Assembly: GCA_902584805.1 (NCBI GenBank)
Contig: CACIBE010000008.1
Span: 5,891 to 69,890 of the forward strand
Direction of reading: 5' to 3'
Source of the DNA: an uncultured Alphaproteobacteria bacterium
GTDB lineage: Bacteria; Pseudomonadota; Alphaproteobacteria; HIMB59; GCA-002718135
DNA: 64,000 bases
Position numbers and translations under genes: made by a program. Below the pieces are notes generated by a model that saw only the letters and a list, made by a program, of their open reading frames with translations, was not told the DNA's origin and made no database searches. Positions 41,670-52,554 of the stretch are shown piece after piece (position 1 is the first letter of the stretch; every line of letters starts with the position of its first letter).

Positions 41670-43432
41670 TGAATCAATCAAATTTAAAAAAATTACAAAA
41701 TCTATTAAAAGAAAAAGATATCGATATTTTTGTCATTAATAGAAGTGATGAATATTTAAATGAGTATATTTCCCCAAATGCAGAAAGATTAAATTTTATA
41801 ACAAATTTTTCTGGTTCAGCAGGAAGAGCAATTATAACGCCAACAGATGCCTTCTTGTATGTTGATGGACGATATACTTTTCAAGCGATTACTCAAATTA
41901 ATGCCAAAGAGATTCAGGCAAAACATTTAAATAGCTTTTGGACAGATTTAGAAAAAATTTTATTAGAAAAAGAATATAAAATTGCATTAGATCCAACTCT
42001 TCATTCAATTATAGAAATTGAAAAAGTAGAAAAAATGTTAAAGAATTCAACATCTCAACTCCAACTAATTGATAAAAATTTTGTTGATTTAATATGGGAA
42101 AATCAACCAAAAACTCAATATACAGATATATTTGATCACCCAACAAGTTTTGCTGGTCAGGCCAGAAGTGAAAAATTAGATATTTTAAAAAAATTTTTAG
42201 ATCAAAATGAAATTCATCATTACTTTGTTTCTGGGCTTGATAATATTGCTTGGCTATTAAATTTAAGAGCAGATGATATTAAATATACACCGTTGCTTTA
42301 TTCTTATCTTCTAATTTCAAAAAATAATAAACATTCTTTGTATATTAAAGAGTCTTCAATGCCAGAAATTCTAAAAAAAGAAATCCAAACACTAATAAAT
42401 ATTAATAATATTGAAAATATCGGATCAATTTTTAATAATATTAATTCATCCGAATCAATTGGTTTAGATTTTAATTCCACCACTTTTTATTTTTTAGATC
42501 TTTTAAGAAAACAAAAAATAAATACTAAAAATTTAGCAAATCCATGTATTTTGTTAAAAGCTATCAAAAATGAAACTGAACTAGATGGAGCCAAAAAAGC
42601 ACATATAAGAGATGGTGTTAGTATTACTAAATATATTTATTGGCTGAAAAATATCATGGATCCTAAATCAAATGATGAAATAAGTGTTGCAAATCATTTA
42701 GAAAATCTGCGAAGAAAAAATGAATTATTTCATTCTCTATCCTTTGATACAATATCAGCAATTGATAAAAATGCAGCCCTTCCTCATTACCGTGTTACTG
42801 AAGAAGGAAAATCATCTTTCTCAGATAATAATATTTACCTTGTTGACTCAGGAGGGCAATATTTTGATGGTACAACCGATATAACAAGAACTATAATTTT
42901 AGGTGAAGCAACAACAGAACAAAAAGATAGATTTACGAGAGTTCTTAAAGGTCATATTGCCTTATCAAATCATGTTTTTGAAAAGGGAACAAAAGGAACT
43001 GATATTGATTATCTAGCAAGAAAAAGTCTGCAAGAAATTAATTTAGATTATGATCATGGGACAGGTCACGGTATAGGAAGTTTTTTGAGTGTACATGAAG
43101 CCCCACAACGTATTGCAAAAAAATCAATGTTTGATAGCGTTGAGTTGCTTCCGGGAATGATTTTATCCAATGAACCTGGATACTATAAAGAAAATGAATA
43201 TGGCATAAGAACAGAAAATTTAGTCGTGATAAAAGAGAATAATAATAAAAAATTATACTTTGAAAACATTTCTTGGTGTCCAATAGATTTGGATCTCATT
43301 GACAGTAGTATGCTCGATCAAATTGAAAAACATTGGTTAAATACATATCATAAAAAGGTGTATGATACATTGGAGATATACCTTGAAAATAAAGAGAAAG
43401 ATTGGCTTAAAAAGGTAACTTCTGAAGTTTAA
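41669..43432 (+). CDS. pepP: Xaa-Pro aminopeptidase (M24B, long form)
   Basis: 587 aa. N-terminal creatinase-like domains plus M24 metal ligands (VDSGGQY, DITRT, HGTGHGIG, SNEPGYY, RTEN). Confidence 0.85.
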   Translation: MNQSNLKKLQNLLKEKDIDIFVINRSDEYLNEYISPNAERLNFITNFSGSAGRAIITPTDAFLYVDGRYTFQAITQINAKEIQAKHLNSFWTDLEKILLEKEYKIALDPTLHSIIEIEKVEKMLKNSTSQLQLIDKNFVDLIWENQPKTQYTDIFDHPTSFAGQARSEKLDILKKFLDQNEIHHYFVSGLDNIAWLLNLRADDIKYTPLLYSYLLISKNNKHSLYIKESSMPEILKKEIQTLININNIENIGSIFNNINSSESIGLDFNSTTFYFLDLLRKQKINTKNLANPCILLKAIKNETELDGAKKAHIRDGVSITKYIYWLKNIMDPKSNDEISVANHLENLRRKNELFHSLSFDTISAIDKNAALPHYRVTEEGKSSFSDNNIYLVDSGGQYFDGTTDITRTIILGEATTEQKDRFTRVLKGHIALSNHVFEKGTKGTDIDYLARKSLQEINLDYDHGTGHGIGSFLSVHEAPQRIAKKSMFDSVELLPGMILSNEPGYYKENEYGIRTENLVVIKENNNKKLYFENISWCPIDLDLIDSSMLDQIEKHWLNTYHKKVYDTLEIYLENKEKDWLKKVTSEV

Positions 43433-43434
43433 CT

Positions 43435-43463
43435 AAAGCCGCCGATTATGCGGCTTTCTTATT
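43435..43463. terminator. bidirectional intrinsic terminator between pepP and the convergent small ORF
   Basis: aaaGCCGC-cgattat-GCGGCttt is a GC-rich 5-bp core extended by A/T pairs, with A-run and T-run flanks on both strands. It is one of very few GC hairpins in the window. Confidence 0.6.
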
Positions 43464-43622
43464 AATATCAAATTCAGTTTTGAGAAGATGCTTGTCTAAT
43501 TCAATTTTCCACTCTTTTCCATATTCAGATTTGAAATATCTTACTAAATCCTCATCATAATTGTAGTTTTTGTCACTTAAATCCTCGTAAACTTTATTAA
43601 AAAAATTAAAAACATTAATCAT
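43446..43622 (-). CDS. hypothetical small protein (58 aa), below the ORF-track cutoff
   Basis: ATG 43622 is preceded by GAAAGGAATAAATA. Translation: MINVFNFFNKVYEDLSDKNYNYDEDLVRYFKSEYGKEWKIELDKHLLKTEFDINKKAA. The stop lies inside the terminator hairpin. I recognise no homology. Confidence 0.4.
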   Translation of the reverse strand: MINVFNFFNKVYEDLSDKNYNYDEDLVRYFKSEYGKEWKIELDKHLLKTEFDINKKAA

Positions 43623-43775
43623 TATTTATTCCTTTCAATAACAAAATAGTAATTATTCTATGCAATCAAAGTATAAAAATATGAATTTTAATATGCAAAA
43701 AATGCATATATAAATATATTAAAAATTTAGATGTACTTAAATTTTCTAATAATGATTAAAATTAATTGTTCCTGA

Positions 43776-43805
43776 TTGACTTTGTAAATTAATACTTCAT
43801 AAATT
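43776..43805 (+). promoter_or_regulatory. candidate sigma70-type promoter for the GT4 gene
   Basis: TTGACT, 18 nt, TAAATT, ending 20 nt before ATG 43826. Such matches arise easily by chance in AT-rich DNA. Confidence 0.3.
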
Positions 43806-43825
43806 TTAAAATATTTTAACTTTCA

Positions 43826-44929
43826 ATGATAATTATTTTAACACAATGCTTTCCATCTAGAGTAGGGGGAATTGAAACATTGATGTATGACTTAGCATTA
43901 AATTTAAGTCTCAAACACGATGTAAAGGTCTTAGCTGATCAACAAGACAGTGCTAAAGATTTGGAATTTGATAAAAACAATAAAAATTTTTCAATATTAA
44001 GATTTAAGGGTTTAAAATTTTTAAGAAAAAGAAAAAAATTTAATCAACTTAAAAATATATGTTCTTCAAATAATATTGAAACAGTCATCACTGATAGCTG
44101 GAAAAGTCTTGAGTTACCAATTAATTTTTTAAAAGAAAAAAAAATCCCAATTATTAGTCTTGTTCATGGAAACGAAATAATAATCAAAAACGATAATCAT
44201 CATAAACGAATAAAAAAAGTTTTGGAATTAGCAAACGCATTAGTGGTCAATTCATTATATACTAAAAACTTACTTTCAAAAATAAGTGAAAACTTTAAAA
44301 AAATTGAGGTTATCTATCCAGGTGTAAAATCTACTAAAAATATTATAGAACAAGCAATAGATTTAGATGATAGTTATCCAACGTTGCTTACTCTTGCCAG
44401 ACTAGAAAAAAGAAAAGGACATTCGTATATTCTTAAATCTATTTTTAATTTAAAAAAAATTTATCCAAATATTCAATATATAATTGCTGGTGAAGGTGAT
44501 CAGTTAGAGAATATAAAGAAAGAAATAAAAAATTATAATCTAGAATCAAATGTGAAGTTAGTTGGAACAATAAATGAAAATCAAAAAAAATTCATTTTTT
44601 CTAAGACTGATATTATGATCATGCCGACAATAGATGAAACTCATGCAAATTCTATTGAAGGTTTTGGAATCGCATATATTGAAGCGGCACAATATGGAAT
44701 TCCTTCAATTGCCTCAAATGTTGGAGGTACTCCTGAAGCTGTATTGCATAATAAAACAGGTTTAATTATTAATAATTTTAATGAATTAGATGAATCAATT
44801 AAGAATTTAGTTGAGAACAAAAAAAATACAATTGAATTAGGACAAAATGCAAAAAATAGAGCAGAAAATGAATTAATCTGGAAAAAACAAGTAGTCAAAT
44901 ACAATAAGTTAATAGATGATATTCAATGA
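43826..44929 (+). CDS. glycosyltransferase family 4 (GT-B)
   Basis: 367 aa with GGIETLMYDLA, LARLEKRKG and the E-x7-E region (EGFGIAYIEAAQYGIP). Confidence 0.8.
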   Translation: MIIILTQCFPSRVGGIETLMYDLALNLSLKHDVKVLADQQDSAKDLEFDKNNKNFSILRFKGLKFLRKRKKFNQLKNICSSNNIETVITDSWKSLELPINFLKEKKIPIISLVHGNEIIIKNDNHHKRIKKVLELANALVVNSLYTKNLLSKISENFKKIEVIYPGVKSTKNIIEQAIDLDDSYPTLLTLARLEKRKGHSYILKSIFNLKKIYPNIQYIIAGEGDQLENIKKEIKNYNLESNVKLVGTINENQKKFIFSKTDIMIMPTIDETHANSIEGFGIAYIEAAQYGIPSIASNVGGTPEAVLHNKTGLIINNFNELDESIKNLVENKKNTIELGQNAKNRAENELIWKKQVVKYNKLIDDIQ

Positions 44930-45858
44930 CTATTTTATTTCATAACACAACTTTTGATAAAATTGATGTTTGGAAAAAAACAATAAAAAAATATTTTAAA
45001 AATGAAAAAATAATTTCAATTAAAGATTACAAAAATTTTAATGATGTAAATTGTGCAATTATATGGAATCTACCAGATAATACTCTTTCAAGACTAAAAA
45101 ATCTCCAAGTTATTTTCTCTATGGGAGCTGGAGTAGATCATATTCTAAAACTTAAAAATTATAATAAAAAAATTCCCATTATCAGAATAAAAGATGAAGA
45201 AATGGGGGGGAGAATTGCCAATTATTCTCTAGCTCAAATACTAAATTATCAATTAAATTTTAAAATTTTTCAAAATTCTCAAATAAAAAAATACTGGTCT
45301 GGAGAAAGGACACCAATTGATAATAAAAATTTAACAGTAGGTATTTTAGGTCTAGGCTTTCTTGGTAATCATATTGCAAAATTACTAAACAAATTAAATT
45401 ATAATGTTATTGCATATAAAAAAAATCGAGCAAAAGTAAAAAATGTAAAAATATATACAGGTAAAAATATCACTAGTTTTATCAAAAGCTCTGATGTTAT
45501 CATTTCTATTCTACCATCAACAACTCAAACAAATAATATAATAGATAAAAAGTTTTTAAAGAATATGAAAAAAAATTCTTGTTTAATAAATATAGGTAGA
45601 GGAAATGCAATTGAAGAGAAAGACCTTCTGAATCATTTAAAGAAAAACAAAAATTTTTATGCTTATTTGGATGTCTTTAAAAATGAACCTTTAAAATCAA
45701 GTAGTCAATTTTGGAGATTGCCAAATGTAACAATTACTCCACATGTGGCAGGTGTAACAGCTATAGAGCCATCTGTTAAATATATGTACTCCAAATATAA
45801 AAAACTAAGAAAAAAGGAAAAATTAAAATCAGATGTTAATCCATCCGACGGATATTAA
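44926..45858 (+). CDS. D-isomer-specific 2-hydroxyacid dehydrogenase (glyoxylate/hydroxypyruvate reductase A-like)
   Basis: 310 aa with the NAD motif GILGLGFLGNHIA and catalytic-region motifs NIGRG, DVF and TPHVAG. Confidence 0.8.
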   Translation: MTILFHNTTFDKIDVWKKTIKKYFKNEKIISIKDYKNFNDVNCAIIWNLPDNTLSRLKNLQVIFSMGAGVDHILKLKNYNKKIPIIRIKDEEMGGRIANYSLAQILNYQLNFKIFQNSQIKKYWSGERTPIDNKNLTVGILGLGFLGNHIAKLLNKLNYNVIAYKKNRAKVKNVKIYTGKNITSFIKSSDVIISILPSTTQTNNIIDKKFLKNMKKNSCLINIGRGNAIEEKDLLNHLKKNKNFYAYLDVFKNEPLKSSSQFWRLPNVTITPHVAGVTAIEPSVKYMYSKYKKLRKKEKLKSDVNPSDGY

Positions 45859-47033
45859 TTGACATCAAAATAATTTTCTAAAATTCTAAAATAAATACTT
45901 TCTAATTTTATAATATCTTCAACAAAAACAAATTCATCTACTTTATGAAGAGTTTGATTTCTAAGACCTAACTCTACTACTTCACAATAGTTCTTTATAT
46001 ATCTTGCATCAGAAGTACCGCCATCAGTTGCTTGCTCAGGTGAGCTATTTCTTCCTGTGACATCAGAAATTGATTTTGAAATAATATTATATAAATCACC
46101 AGCTTTATTCAAAAATGACTCAGCTGTTGCATCATATGTATAAGTACAACTAGCGTTTTCTAGTTTAGAGAAAATCTTTTCTATTTTATTATCAATCCAT
46201 TTTATAAGTGAGTCAGATGAGTGCATATCATTAAATCTAATATTGACTGTTGCTTTAGCTAATTCTGGAATTACGTTTTGAACAGGATTGCCAATATCAA
46301 TAGTAGCGATTTGCACTGATGTTGGTAAAAAATTTTCATTACCTTCATCTAGCGGCTCTTCTAATATACTATTTAATAAATTCACTAAGTGATGTGAAGA
46401 ATTTTCAGCTAAATGAGAATTCGCCGTATGTCCTTGAATACCTTTAACCTGAAAAAAGAAACTAACTGATCCTCTTCTTCCAATTTTTACTTTATCGCCG
46501 ACCTCATTTTTAGAAGTTGGTTCACCAACAAGACAATGATCAAATTTATAATTTTGTTTACTTACCCATTCTAGAATTCTTGGTGTGCCGTTTACAGAAT
46601 CTCTTTCTTCATCACCTGTAATAATAAAGGAAATCTTTCCTGGAAAATTTTTATATTTATCTACAAATCTTTTAGCGGCACTAATGAAACAAGCAACACT
46701 GCTTTTCATATCTTCGCTACCTCTTCCATAAAGTTTGCCTCCATCTATTTGTGCAGCAAAAGGAGGGTACTTCCATGAACTTTCATTGCCTACAGGAACT
46801 ACATCTGTATGACCAGCATAAGCAAAATGCTTTCCTTCATTTCCTATTGTTGCAAATAAATTTTTTACTTCGTAAGAATTGTTTCCAGAGAAAGTTAATG
46901 GATGACAGTCACATCCTATAGCTTTCAGATGATTTTCAACTACTGTTAAAGCGCCTTCATCTTTTGGAGTTACACTTGCACATTTTACTAAGGATTGTGT
47001 AAGATTAACTGGATCAAAATTAATTTCTGACAT
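45855..47033 (-). CDS. dapE: succinyl-diaminopimelate desuccinylase
   Basis: 392 aa, M20 family (AGHTDVVP, GRGSEDMK, GDEE). Adjacent to dapD. Confidence 0.9.
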   Translation of the reverse strand: MSEINFDPVNLTQSLVKCASVTPKDEGALTVVENHLKAIGCDCHPLTFSGNNSYEVKNLFATIGNEGKHFAYAGHTDVVPVGNESSWKYPPFAAQIDGGKLYGRGSEDMKSSVACFISAAKRFVDKYKNFPGKISFIITGDEERDSVNGTPRILEWVSKQNYKFDHCLVGEPTSKNEVGDKVKIGRRGSVSFFFQVKGIQGHTANSHLAENSSHHLVNLLNSILEEPLDEGNENFLPTSVQIATIDIGNPVQNVIPELAKATVNIRFNDMHSSDSLIKWIDNKIEKIFSKLENASCTYTYDATAESFLNKAGDLYNIISKSISDVTGRNSSPEQATDGGTSDARYIKNYCEVVELGLRNQTLHKVDEFVFVEDIIKLESIYFRILENYFDVN

Positions 47034-47857
47034 TAATCTCTTAAAAGATCATTGATTGATGTTTTACTTCTGGTTTTTTCATCAACTCTTTTAACAATAA
47101 CAGCACAGTATAAAGAAGGATTAATATCCCTTTCTTTTTTTCCTGGTAACGTACCTGGTACTACAACTGAATACGCAGGAACTTTTCCCATATGAATTTC
47201 TCCAGTTGATCGATCGACTATTTTTGTAGACGCTCCAATAAATACACCCATTGATAAAACAGCACCTTCACCAACAATAACACCCTCAGCCACTTCACTT
47301 CTTGCTCCAATAAAGCAATTGTCTTCAATAATTACTGGATTTGCTTGAAGTGGTTCAAGTACACCGCCAATACCAGCGCCTCCAGAAATATGACAATTTT
47401 TACCAATTTGCGCACATGAACCAACTGTTGCCCAAGTATCAATCATTGTTCCTTCGTCAACATATGCACCAAGATTTACAAAAGAAGGCATTAAAACAAC
47501 ACCTTTAGCAATAAATGCAGATTTTCTTACAACAGCGTCTGGTACATATCGAAATCCTGCTTTCAGATGATCATCTTTAGTCCAATTTGCAGTTTTACTT
47601 TCTACTTTATCAAACCAAGTAGCATGAGATGCTTTAATGATTTCATTATCATTTAATCTGAAACTTAAAAGAATTGCCTTTTTAATCCATTGATTAACTT
47701 GCCATTCATTATTAATTTTTTCACAAACCCTTAAGCTTCCACTATCAAGTTTGTTTAAAGTTTCATCTACTGCATTTCTAATATCACCTGCAGTGTTGAC
47801 ATTAATATTATCTCTCTCCTCAAAGGCATCATTTATAATTCTTTCCAGATCACTCAT
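47033..47857 (-). CDS. dapD: 2,3,4,5-tetrahydropyridine-2,6-dicarboxylate N-succinyltransferase
   Basis: 274 aa with hexapeptide repeats and a DapD N-terminal domain. Confidence 0.9.
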   Translation of the reverse strand: MSDLERIINDAFEERDNINVNTAGDIRNAVDETLNKLDSGSLRVCEKINNEWQVNQWIKKAILLSFRLNDNEIIKASHATWFDKVESKTANWTKDDHLKAGFRYVPDAVVRKSAFIAKGVVLMPSFVNLGAYVDEGTMIDTWATVGSCAQIGKNCHISGGAGIGGVLEPLQANPVIIEDNCFIGARSEVAEGVIVGEGAVLSMGVFIGASTKIVDRSTGEIHMGKVPAYSVVVPGTLPGKKERDINPSLYCAVIVKRVDEKTRSKTSINDLLRD

Positions 47858-48528
47858 ATTTTACCCTCATTTACATCTTTTAAAAATAAACTCAAATCTC
47901 TTGTTTGAAAATCTAAATATTCTTTAGATGCTTCAATATCATCAGAAAAATTTTCATAACCAGCATCAACCCAGACAGGTGTAAAACCAACTTTTTTTGC
48001 TGGAACTAAATTCTTTGCAATATCATCAAACATTGCGGATTTATTTGCTTCGATATCAAATAAGTCGATAATTTTTTCATAGGGAGAAATTTCTGGCTTA
48101 GGAATATAATTAGCCATTTTAATATCATATATTTCATCAAAAAAGTTTGTTAGATTTATTTTCTCTAACACATCTAAGACATGTTGCTTATTAGCATTTG
48201 TATAAATAATTTTTCTTCCCTCAAGTTTATATAATTCATCATTAAGATTTTGATTTGGACCAACAATTGAGTAATCTAACTTATGAACTTCTTCTAAAAA
48301 ATAATCAGGATCTACACCATGATTATCCATCATACCTCTTAATGTAGTGCCATGTTGCTTGTAATATTTTGCTTGTAGTTTTTTTGCTTCAGCTAATTCC
48401 ATATTTAAATTTTTAGCTACAAACTCTCCCATTAACTTATGTACTTGCTGAAAAATTCCACTGTCTGCAGAGTACAGTGTGTTATCTAGATCAAATATCC
48501 AGGTATTGATGTTATCTTTAAAGCTCAT
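47854..48528 (-). CDS. HAD-superfamily hydrolase, pyrimidine 5'-nucleotidase-like
   Basis: 224 aa with HAD motif I ([10 protein letters not shown]), TNA and FDD. Confidence 0.7.
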   Translation of the reverse strand: MSFKDNINTWIFDLDNTLYSADSGIFQQVHKLMGEFVAKNLNMELAEAKKLQAKYYKQHGTTLRGMMDNHGVDPDYFLEEVHKLDYSIVGPNQNLNDELYKLEGRKIIYTNANKQHVLDVLEKINLTNFFDEIYDIKMANYIPKPEISPYEKIIDLFDIEANKSAMFDDIAKNLVPAKKVGFTPVWVDAGYENFSDDIEASKEYLDFQTRDLSLFLKDVNEGKI

Positions 48529-49440
48529 TTAATTACTTGTTATTTGTGTACCAATTCCATGTTCAGTGAATAACTCTAATATTACTGAATGAGGAATTCT
48601 TCCATCTAAAATAGTAGATTTTTTTACACCTTTTTTCATTGCATCAATACATGTATTAATTTTTGGCTTCATACCTCCAGAAATATATTCTTTATTAGCA
48701 ATACCTTTAGCTTCTTCTAAAGTTATTGATGAGATTAATTTTTCATCTTTGTCTAAAATTCCAGGTACATCGGTTAGTAATAGTAATTTACTTGCCTGTA
48801 ACTCACCTGCTATAAAACCTGCAACAGTGTCAGCATTAATATTATATGTAAAATTATTTTCATCCTTACCTAAAGGAGATATGACAGGTATTTGACCATT
48901 TTCTATAAAGCTAGTTAGCATATCTTTGTTTAATTTTTTTGGTTGTCCAACAAAACCAATATCAACTATTTTTTCAATATTTGAATCACTATCTTTAATT
49001 TCCACATTTAATTTAGTTGCAGTGACTAAGTTATCATTACCAGATACTCCAATCGCTTTTCCTCCAGAGGCACTTATAGATTCGACTATTTCTGAATTGA
49101 TATCTTTAGATAAAACTTCCTCAACTACCTTAATTGTTTCTTTATCAGTAACTCGTAATCCTTCAACAAATTGTGTTGATATATTTTTTGATTTAAGTCT
49201 CTCGCCAATTTGAGGTCCTCCACCATGAATAATAATTGGTGACACACCTACTTCTTTTAATAATCCAATATCTCTTGAAAAACTCTCAGACAGTTTTTTA
49301 TCTCCCATTGCATGTCCACCGTATTTTATTACAATGGTATCACCACTATGTTCTCGTATGTATGGAAGAGCTTCAACTAAGGTTGAGGCTTTATGTATAA
49401 AATAAGCCTGATCACTCTCTGATAAAAAATCAAATTTCAT
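48529..49440 (-). CDS. argB: acetylglutamate kinase
   Basis: 303 aa with IVIKYGGHAM, IIHGGGPQI and the amino-acid-kinase fold. Confidence 0.9.
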   Translation of the reverse strand: MKFDFLSESDQAYFIHKASTLVEALPYIREHSGDTIVIKYGGHAMGDKKLSESFSRDIGLLKEVGVSPIIIHGGGPQIGERLKSKNISTQFVEGLRVTDKETIKVVEEVLSKDINSEIVESISASGGKAIGVSGNDNLVTATKLNVEIKDSDSNIEKIVDIGFVGQPKKLNKDMLTSFIENGQIPVISPLGKDENNFTYNINADTVAGFIAGELQASKLLLLTDVPGILDKDEKLISSITLEEAKGIANKEYISGGMKPKINTCIDAMKKGVKKSTILDGRIPHSVILELFTEHGIGTQITSN

Positions 49441-49442
49441 AT

Positions 49443-50063
49443 TTATTGTGATAACCCGTATATAGATCTTTGAATCTCTGTAATACCATTATTTTTTTTG
49501 GTCTCAGATTGATATATTTTCGTAAATGATTTTTTATAATTTTGCATTAAACTTAAAATTGATTTTTTTTGATATTCTAAATGGTTATTAGATATTTTAT
49601 CTATTTTAGTTAAAATTATGGAAAATTTTCTTGAGCAATCGCTCAATAAATCCAACATATCAATATCAGAATTTTTAATACCAACTTTTGAGTCAATGAG
49701 TAAAAAAACATGATCAAGTGTATCTCTATTTTCTATATATTCTTCAATCAAGATCATTAAATTTTCTCGTGCAACTTTTGATACTTTGGCAAAACCATAA
49801 CCGGGTAAATCAATCATATTTATTTTTTCACTAATTAAAAAAACATTTATAGCCTGCGTTCTTCCTGGAGTTTTACTAGTTTTTGCTAATTTTTTTGTTT
49901 TAGTTAACGAATTTATTAAACTAGATTTTCCAACATTAGATCTACCTATAAAACAACATTCTTTTTTTATATCTGAATAAGGAATATCTTTAAATGACTG
50001 AAAGGAACCTAAAAACTTATTATTATTAAAAAAGTTATTTAAATTTTTATTTAAGCTAGCCAT
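49443..50063 (-). CDS. engB: ribosome biogenesis GTP-binding protein YsxC/EngB
   Basis: 206 aa with G1 GRSNVGKSS, DLPGYG and TKID. Confidence 0.9.
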   Translation of the reverse strand: MASLNKNLNNFFNNNKFLGSFQSFKDIPYSDIKKECCFIGRSNVGKSSLINSLTKTKKLAKTSKTPGRTQAINVFLISEKINMIDLPGYGFAKVSKVARENLMILIEEYIENRDTLDHVFLLIDSKVGIKNSDIDMLDLLSDCSRKFSIILTKIDKISNNHLEYQKKSILSLMQNYKKSFTKIYQSETKKNNGITEIQRSIYGLSQ

Positions 50064-51783
50064 TTTTGGCTAAAATTCTTCTTTGAATATACCATTGCTG
50101 TGCAATTGATAAAATATTGTTCACTGACCAATATAAAACTAAACCAGCTGCAAAACCAGCTAGTACAAAAGTAAATACAAATGGAAGTAATGCAAAAATT
50201 CTAGCTTGTGTTGGATCAGCAGGAGCAGGATTTAGTTTTTGTTGTAACCACATAGTGAACCCCATAATGATAGGAAGAATACCAATATCAATTATTGAAA
50301 GTATAGGTGGCACATCCCAAGGAACTAATCCAAATATTGTCATTAAGCCTAACGGGTCTGGTGCAGATAGATCATGAATCCATCCATAAAAAGGAGCGTG
50401 ATACATCTCTATCGTAACAAACAACACTTTATACAAAGAGAAGAAAATTGGTATTTGTACTAAAATTGGTAGACAACCCGCAACAGGATTAGCTCCCTCT
50501 CTTTTATACAAGGCCATTAGTTCTTGCTGCATTTTTTGTCTGTCATTTGGATAGGTCTCTTTTAATCTTTGCATATCAGGCTGAAGTTTTTTCATCTTCG
50601 CCATAGATTTAAAAGATGCCTGCGCTAGTGGAAATAAAATTAAACGCATTAAAATGGTAAAGGCAATTATTGCTAGACCAAAATTACCTGCATAACCAAA
50701 AAACCAATTAATAGCATAAGAAACAGGTTTAGTTAAAAAGCTAAACCAACCCCAGTCAATTGCATCAGTAAATCTTGGTATAGAGAGATTGTCGTCATAA
50801 GCACTTAAGACATTTAATTTTTTTGCACCCACAAATAATTTTCCACCGTAAGATATATTTTCACCCGAGTTAATTTTATATATTTGACCAACATAACCTG
50901 CTCTATAGCTATCACGTCCATTATTACCGTATCTATAATTGACGTTAATAGATTGATCTGCATCAGGAATTAAAGCAGACATCCAATATTTGTCTGTAAA
51001 ACCTAACCAGCCGCCTTGTGTTTTATTATCGCAAAACTCTTTTTTTGTTTGCATTGATGAATTACAATCATCGGCAATATCATCATAATTTTTTTCCAAT
51101 AATTCATCGTTTATTAGACTAATTAAACCCTCGTGAAGTATAAAAAAATTAATTGTATCTGGTGTGTTTATTCTTTTGATTAATCTGTATGGAAAAACTT
51201 CAATATCTTCACTACTGTTGTTTTCTATTTCTTGTGTAATTGTAAACATATACTCATCATCAACTTGATAGTTGATTTTGAAAGTTATATTTTTATTATT
51301 CGTCCAACTAAGTGTAACAGGGCTTGAGGGGCTTAGAGTGGTAGAGTTAGTTTTCCATATTGTTTCTAAATTAGGTAATTCAATGTTAGAATCTTTAAGC
51401 TCTTTCCAACCTGTTTCAATATAATATGGGTTAGCTGTCCCATCCGGTAACAAAAGCTGAATATTATTTGAATCAGGTTCTAAGCTAGTTTTATATTTTG
51501 ATAATATGAGGTCATCTAAAATTGCTCCTTTTAGATTTATAGAACCTTTAATAGATGCATTTTCAAAAATAACTCTGTCGGTTTGAATTAAAGCTTCATC
51601 TCTACTTTGAATTTCTGAAACAGCTTGGCTGCTTTGTCCATCAATGGATGTTGCAGGCTCTAATACTTCATCTTCTTCAAAGGATGTTGTTTGAATTGGT
51701 TGAGTTGGAAATAATAATTGAAAAAAAATAATTATCGCAATTGAAATACCAATAGCCAAATATAAATTTCTTTGTTCGTTCAT
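50056..51783 (-). CDS. yidC: membrane protein insertase YidC
   Basis: 575 aa with a periplasmic P1 domain plus the conserved 60-kDa IMP core ([31 protein letters not shown]). Confidence 0.9.
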   Translation of the reverse strand: MNEQRNLYLAIGISIAIIIFFQLLFPTQPIQTTSFEEDEVLEPATSIDGQSSQAVSEIQSRDEALIQTDRVIFENASIKGSINLKGAILDDLILSKYKTSLEPDSNNIQLLLPDGTANPYYIETGWKELKDSNIELPNLETIWKTNSTTLSPSSPVTLSWTNNKNITFKINYQVDDEYMFTITQEIENNSSEDIEVFPYRLIKRINTPDTINFFILHEGLISLINDELLEKNYDDIADDCNSSMQTKKEFCDNKTQGGWLGFTDKYWMSALIPDADQSINVNYRYGNNGRDSYRAGYVGQIYKINSGENISYGGKLFVGAKKLNVLSAYDDNLSIPRFTDAIDWGWFSFLTKPVSYAINWFFGYAGNFGLAIIAFTILMRLILFPLAQASFKSMAKMKKLQPDMQRLKETYPNDRQKMQQELMALYKREGANPVAGCLPILVQIPIFFSLYKVLFVTIEMYHAPFYGWIHDLSAPDPLGLMTIFGLVPWDVPPILSIIDIGILPIIMGFTMWLQQKLNPAPADPTQARIFALLPFVFTFVLAGFAAGLVLYWSVNNILSIAQQWYIQRRILAKNG

Positions 51784-52025
51784 TTCTTTAACTCAGATTT
51801 TTTTGGTACTGGATCAAATCCGTGGGAACCCCAGGGATGACATTTTGAAATTCTTTTCACCGATAAAATTGATCCTTTAAATAACCCATGTTCCTTTAAT
51901 GCTTTAATAGAATACTCAGAACAGGTTGGTAAATACCGACAATTCTGACCAAGTATTGGGGAAATCAATAACTGGTATAATCTAATTATTATGATTAGAG
52001 GTAATGAAATATATTTACTAACCAT
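51780..52025 (-). CDS. yidD: membrane protein insertion efficiency factor YidD
   Basis: 81 aa with [11 protein letters not shown] and KCHPW. Confidence 0.9.
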   Translation of the reverse strand: MVSKYISLPLIIIIRLYQLLISPILGQNCRYLPTCSEYSIKALKEHGLFKGSILSVKRISKCHPWGSHGFDPVPKKSELKK

Positions 52026-52347
52026 TTATCTTTCCCTTAAGTTCTAATAAAAGTTTATCAAATTTCTCTTCGAGCAATGACGTTTTAGCTATTAACACAT
52101 AATATGAATTAATTTTACCATTAATAATAATTTTTCTAGCTAATTCCCTCATTATTCTCTTTGCCCTATTTCTTTTTACTGCGTTGCCAATTTTTTTGGA
52201 AGCTGTGTATCCTACACCTATAGAATTTTCTAGATCTTGATTGTGTAAAATTTGGATATTCATATTTTTACCTTTTATAAATTCTCCCTGGTTTCGTATC
52301 ATAACGAAAGTCGATCTTTTCTTAATTGTAAATAATGTTTGGGCCAT
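52018..52347 (-). CDS. rnpA: ribonuclease P protein component
   Basis: 109 aa. Basic RNR-like motif ([18 protein letters not shown]) in the conserved rpmH-rnpA-yidD-yidC order. Confidence 0.85.
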   Translation of the reverse strand: MAQTLFTIKKRSTFVMIRNQGEFIKGKNMNIQILHNQDLENSIGVGYTASKKIGNAVKRNRAKRIMRELARKIIINGKINSYYVLIAKTSLLEEKFDKLLLELKGKING

Positions 52348-52356
52348 TTGGCCTTT

Positions 52357-52491
52357 TTAAGCGCTTAATTGAGCTCTTCCTTTTGCACGTCTTCTATTAA
52401 TGATTTGACGACCTGCTTTAGTTGCCATTCTAGCCCTAAAACCGTGTCTTCTTTTTCTAATTACTCTACTAGGTTGGTAAGTGCGTTTCAT
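52357..52491 (-). CDS. rpmH: 50S ribosomal protein L34 (missed by the >=60-aa ORF track)
   Basis: Manual translation gives [44 protein letters not shown] (44 aa), the canonical L34 sequence. Confidence 0.95.
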   Translation of the reverse strand: MKRTYQPSRVIRKRRHGFRARMATKAGRQIINRRRAKGRAQLSA

Positions 52492-52554
52492 AATAAATCT
52501 CTGGGCCTAATACGAATTCATTATATATAAGTCAAATATTTACTTATATAATCG

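Noticed and set aside
52341-52353. Palindrome GGCCATTTGGCC spanning the rnpA start codon
   Set aside because: The loop is too short for a stable hairpin. It is probably coincidental with the ATG context, though it could be a restriction-type palindrome.
52524-52550. 9-bp perfect inverted repeat TATATAAGT-N9-ACTTATATA immediately upstream of panC
   Set aside because: It is composed almost entirely of A/T. An inverted repeat of this size is expected by chance in about 70 percent AT DNA, and it carries no recognisable operator motif.
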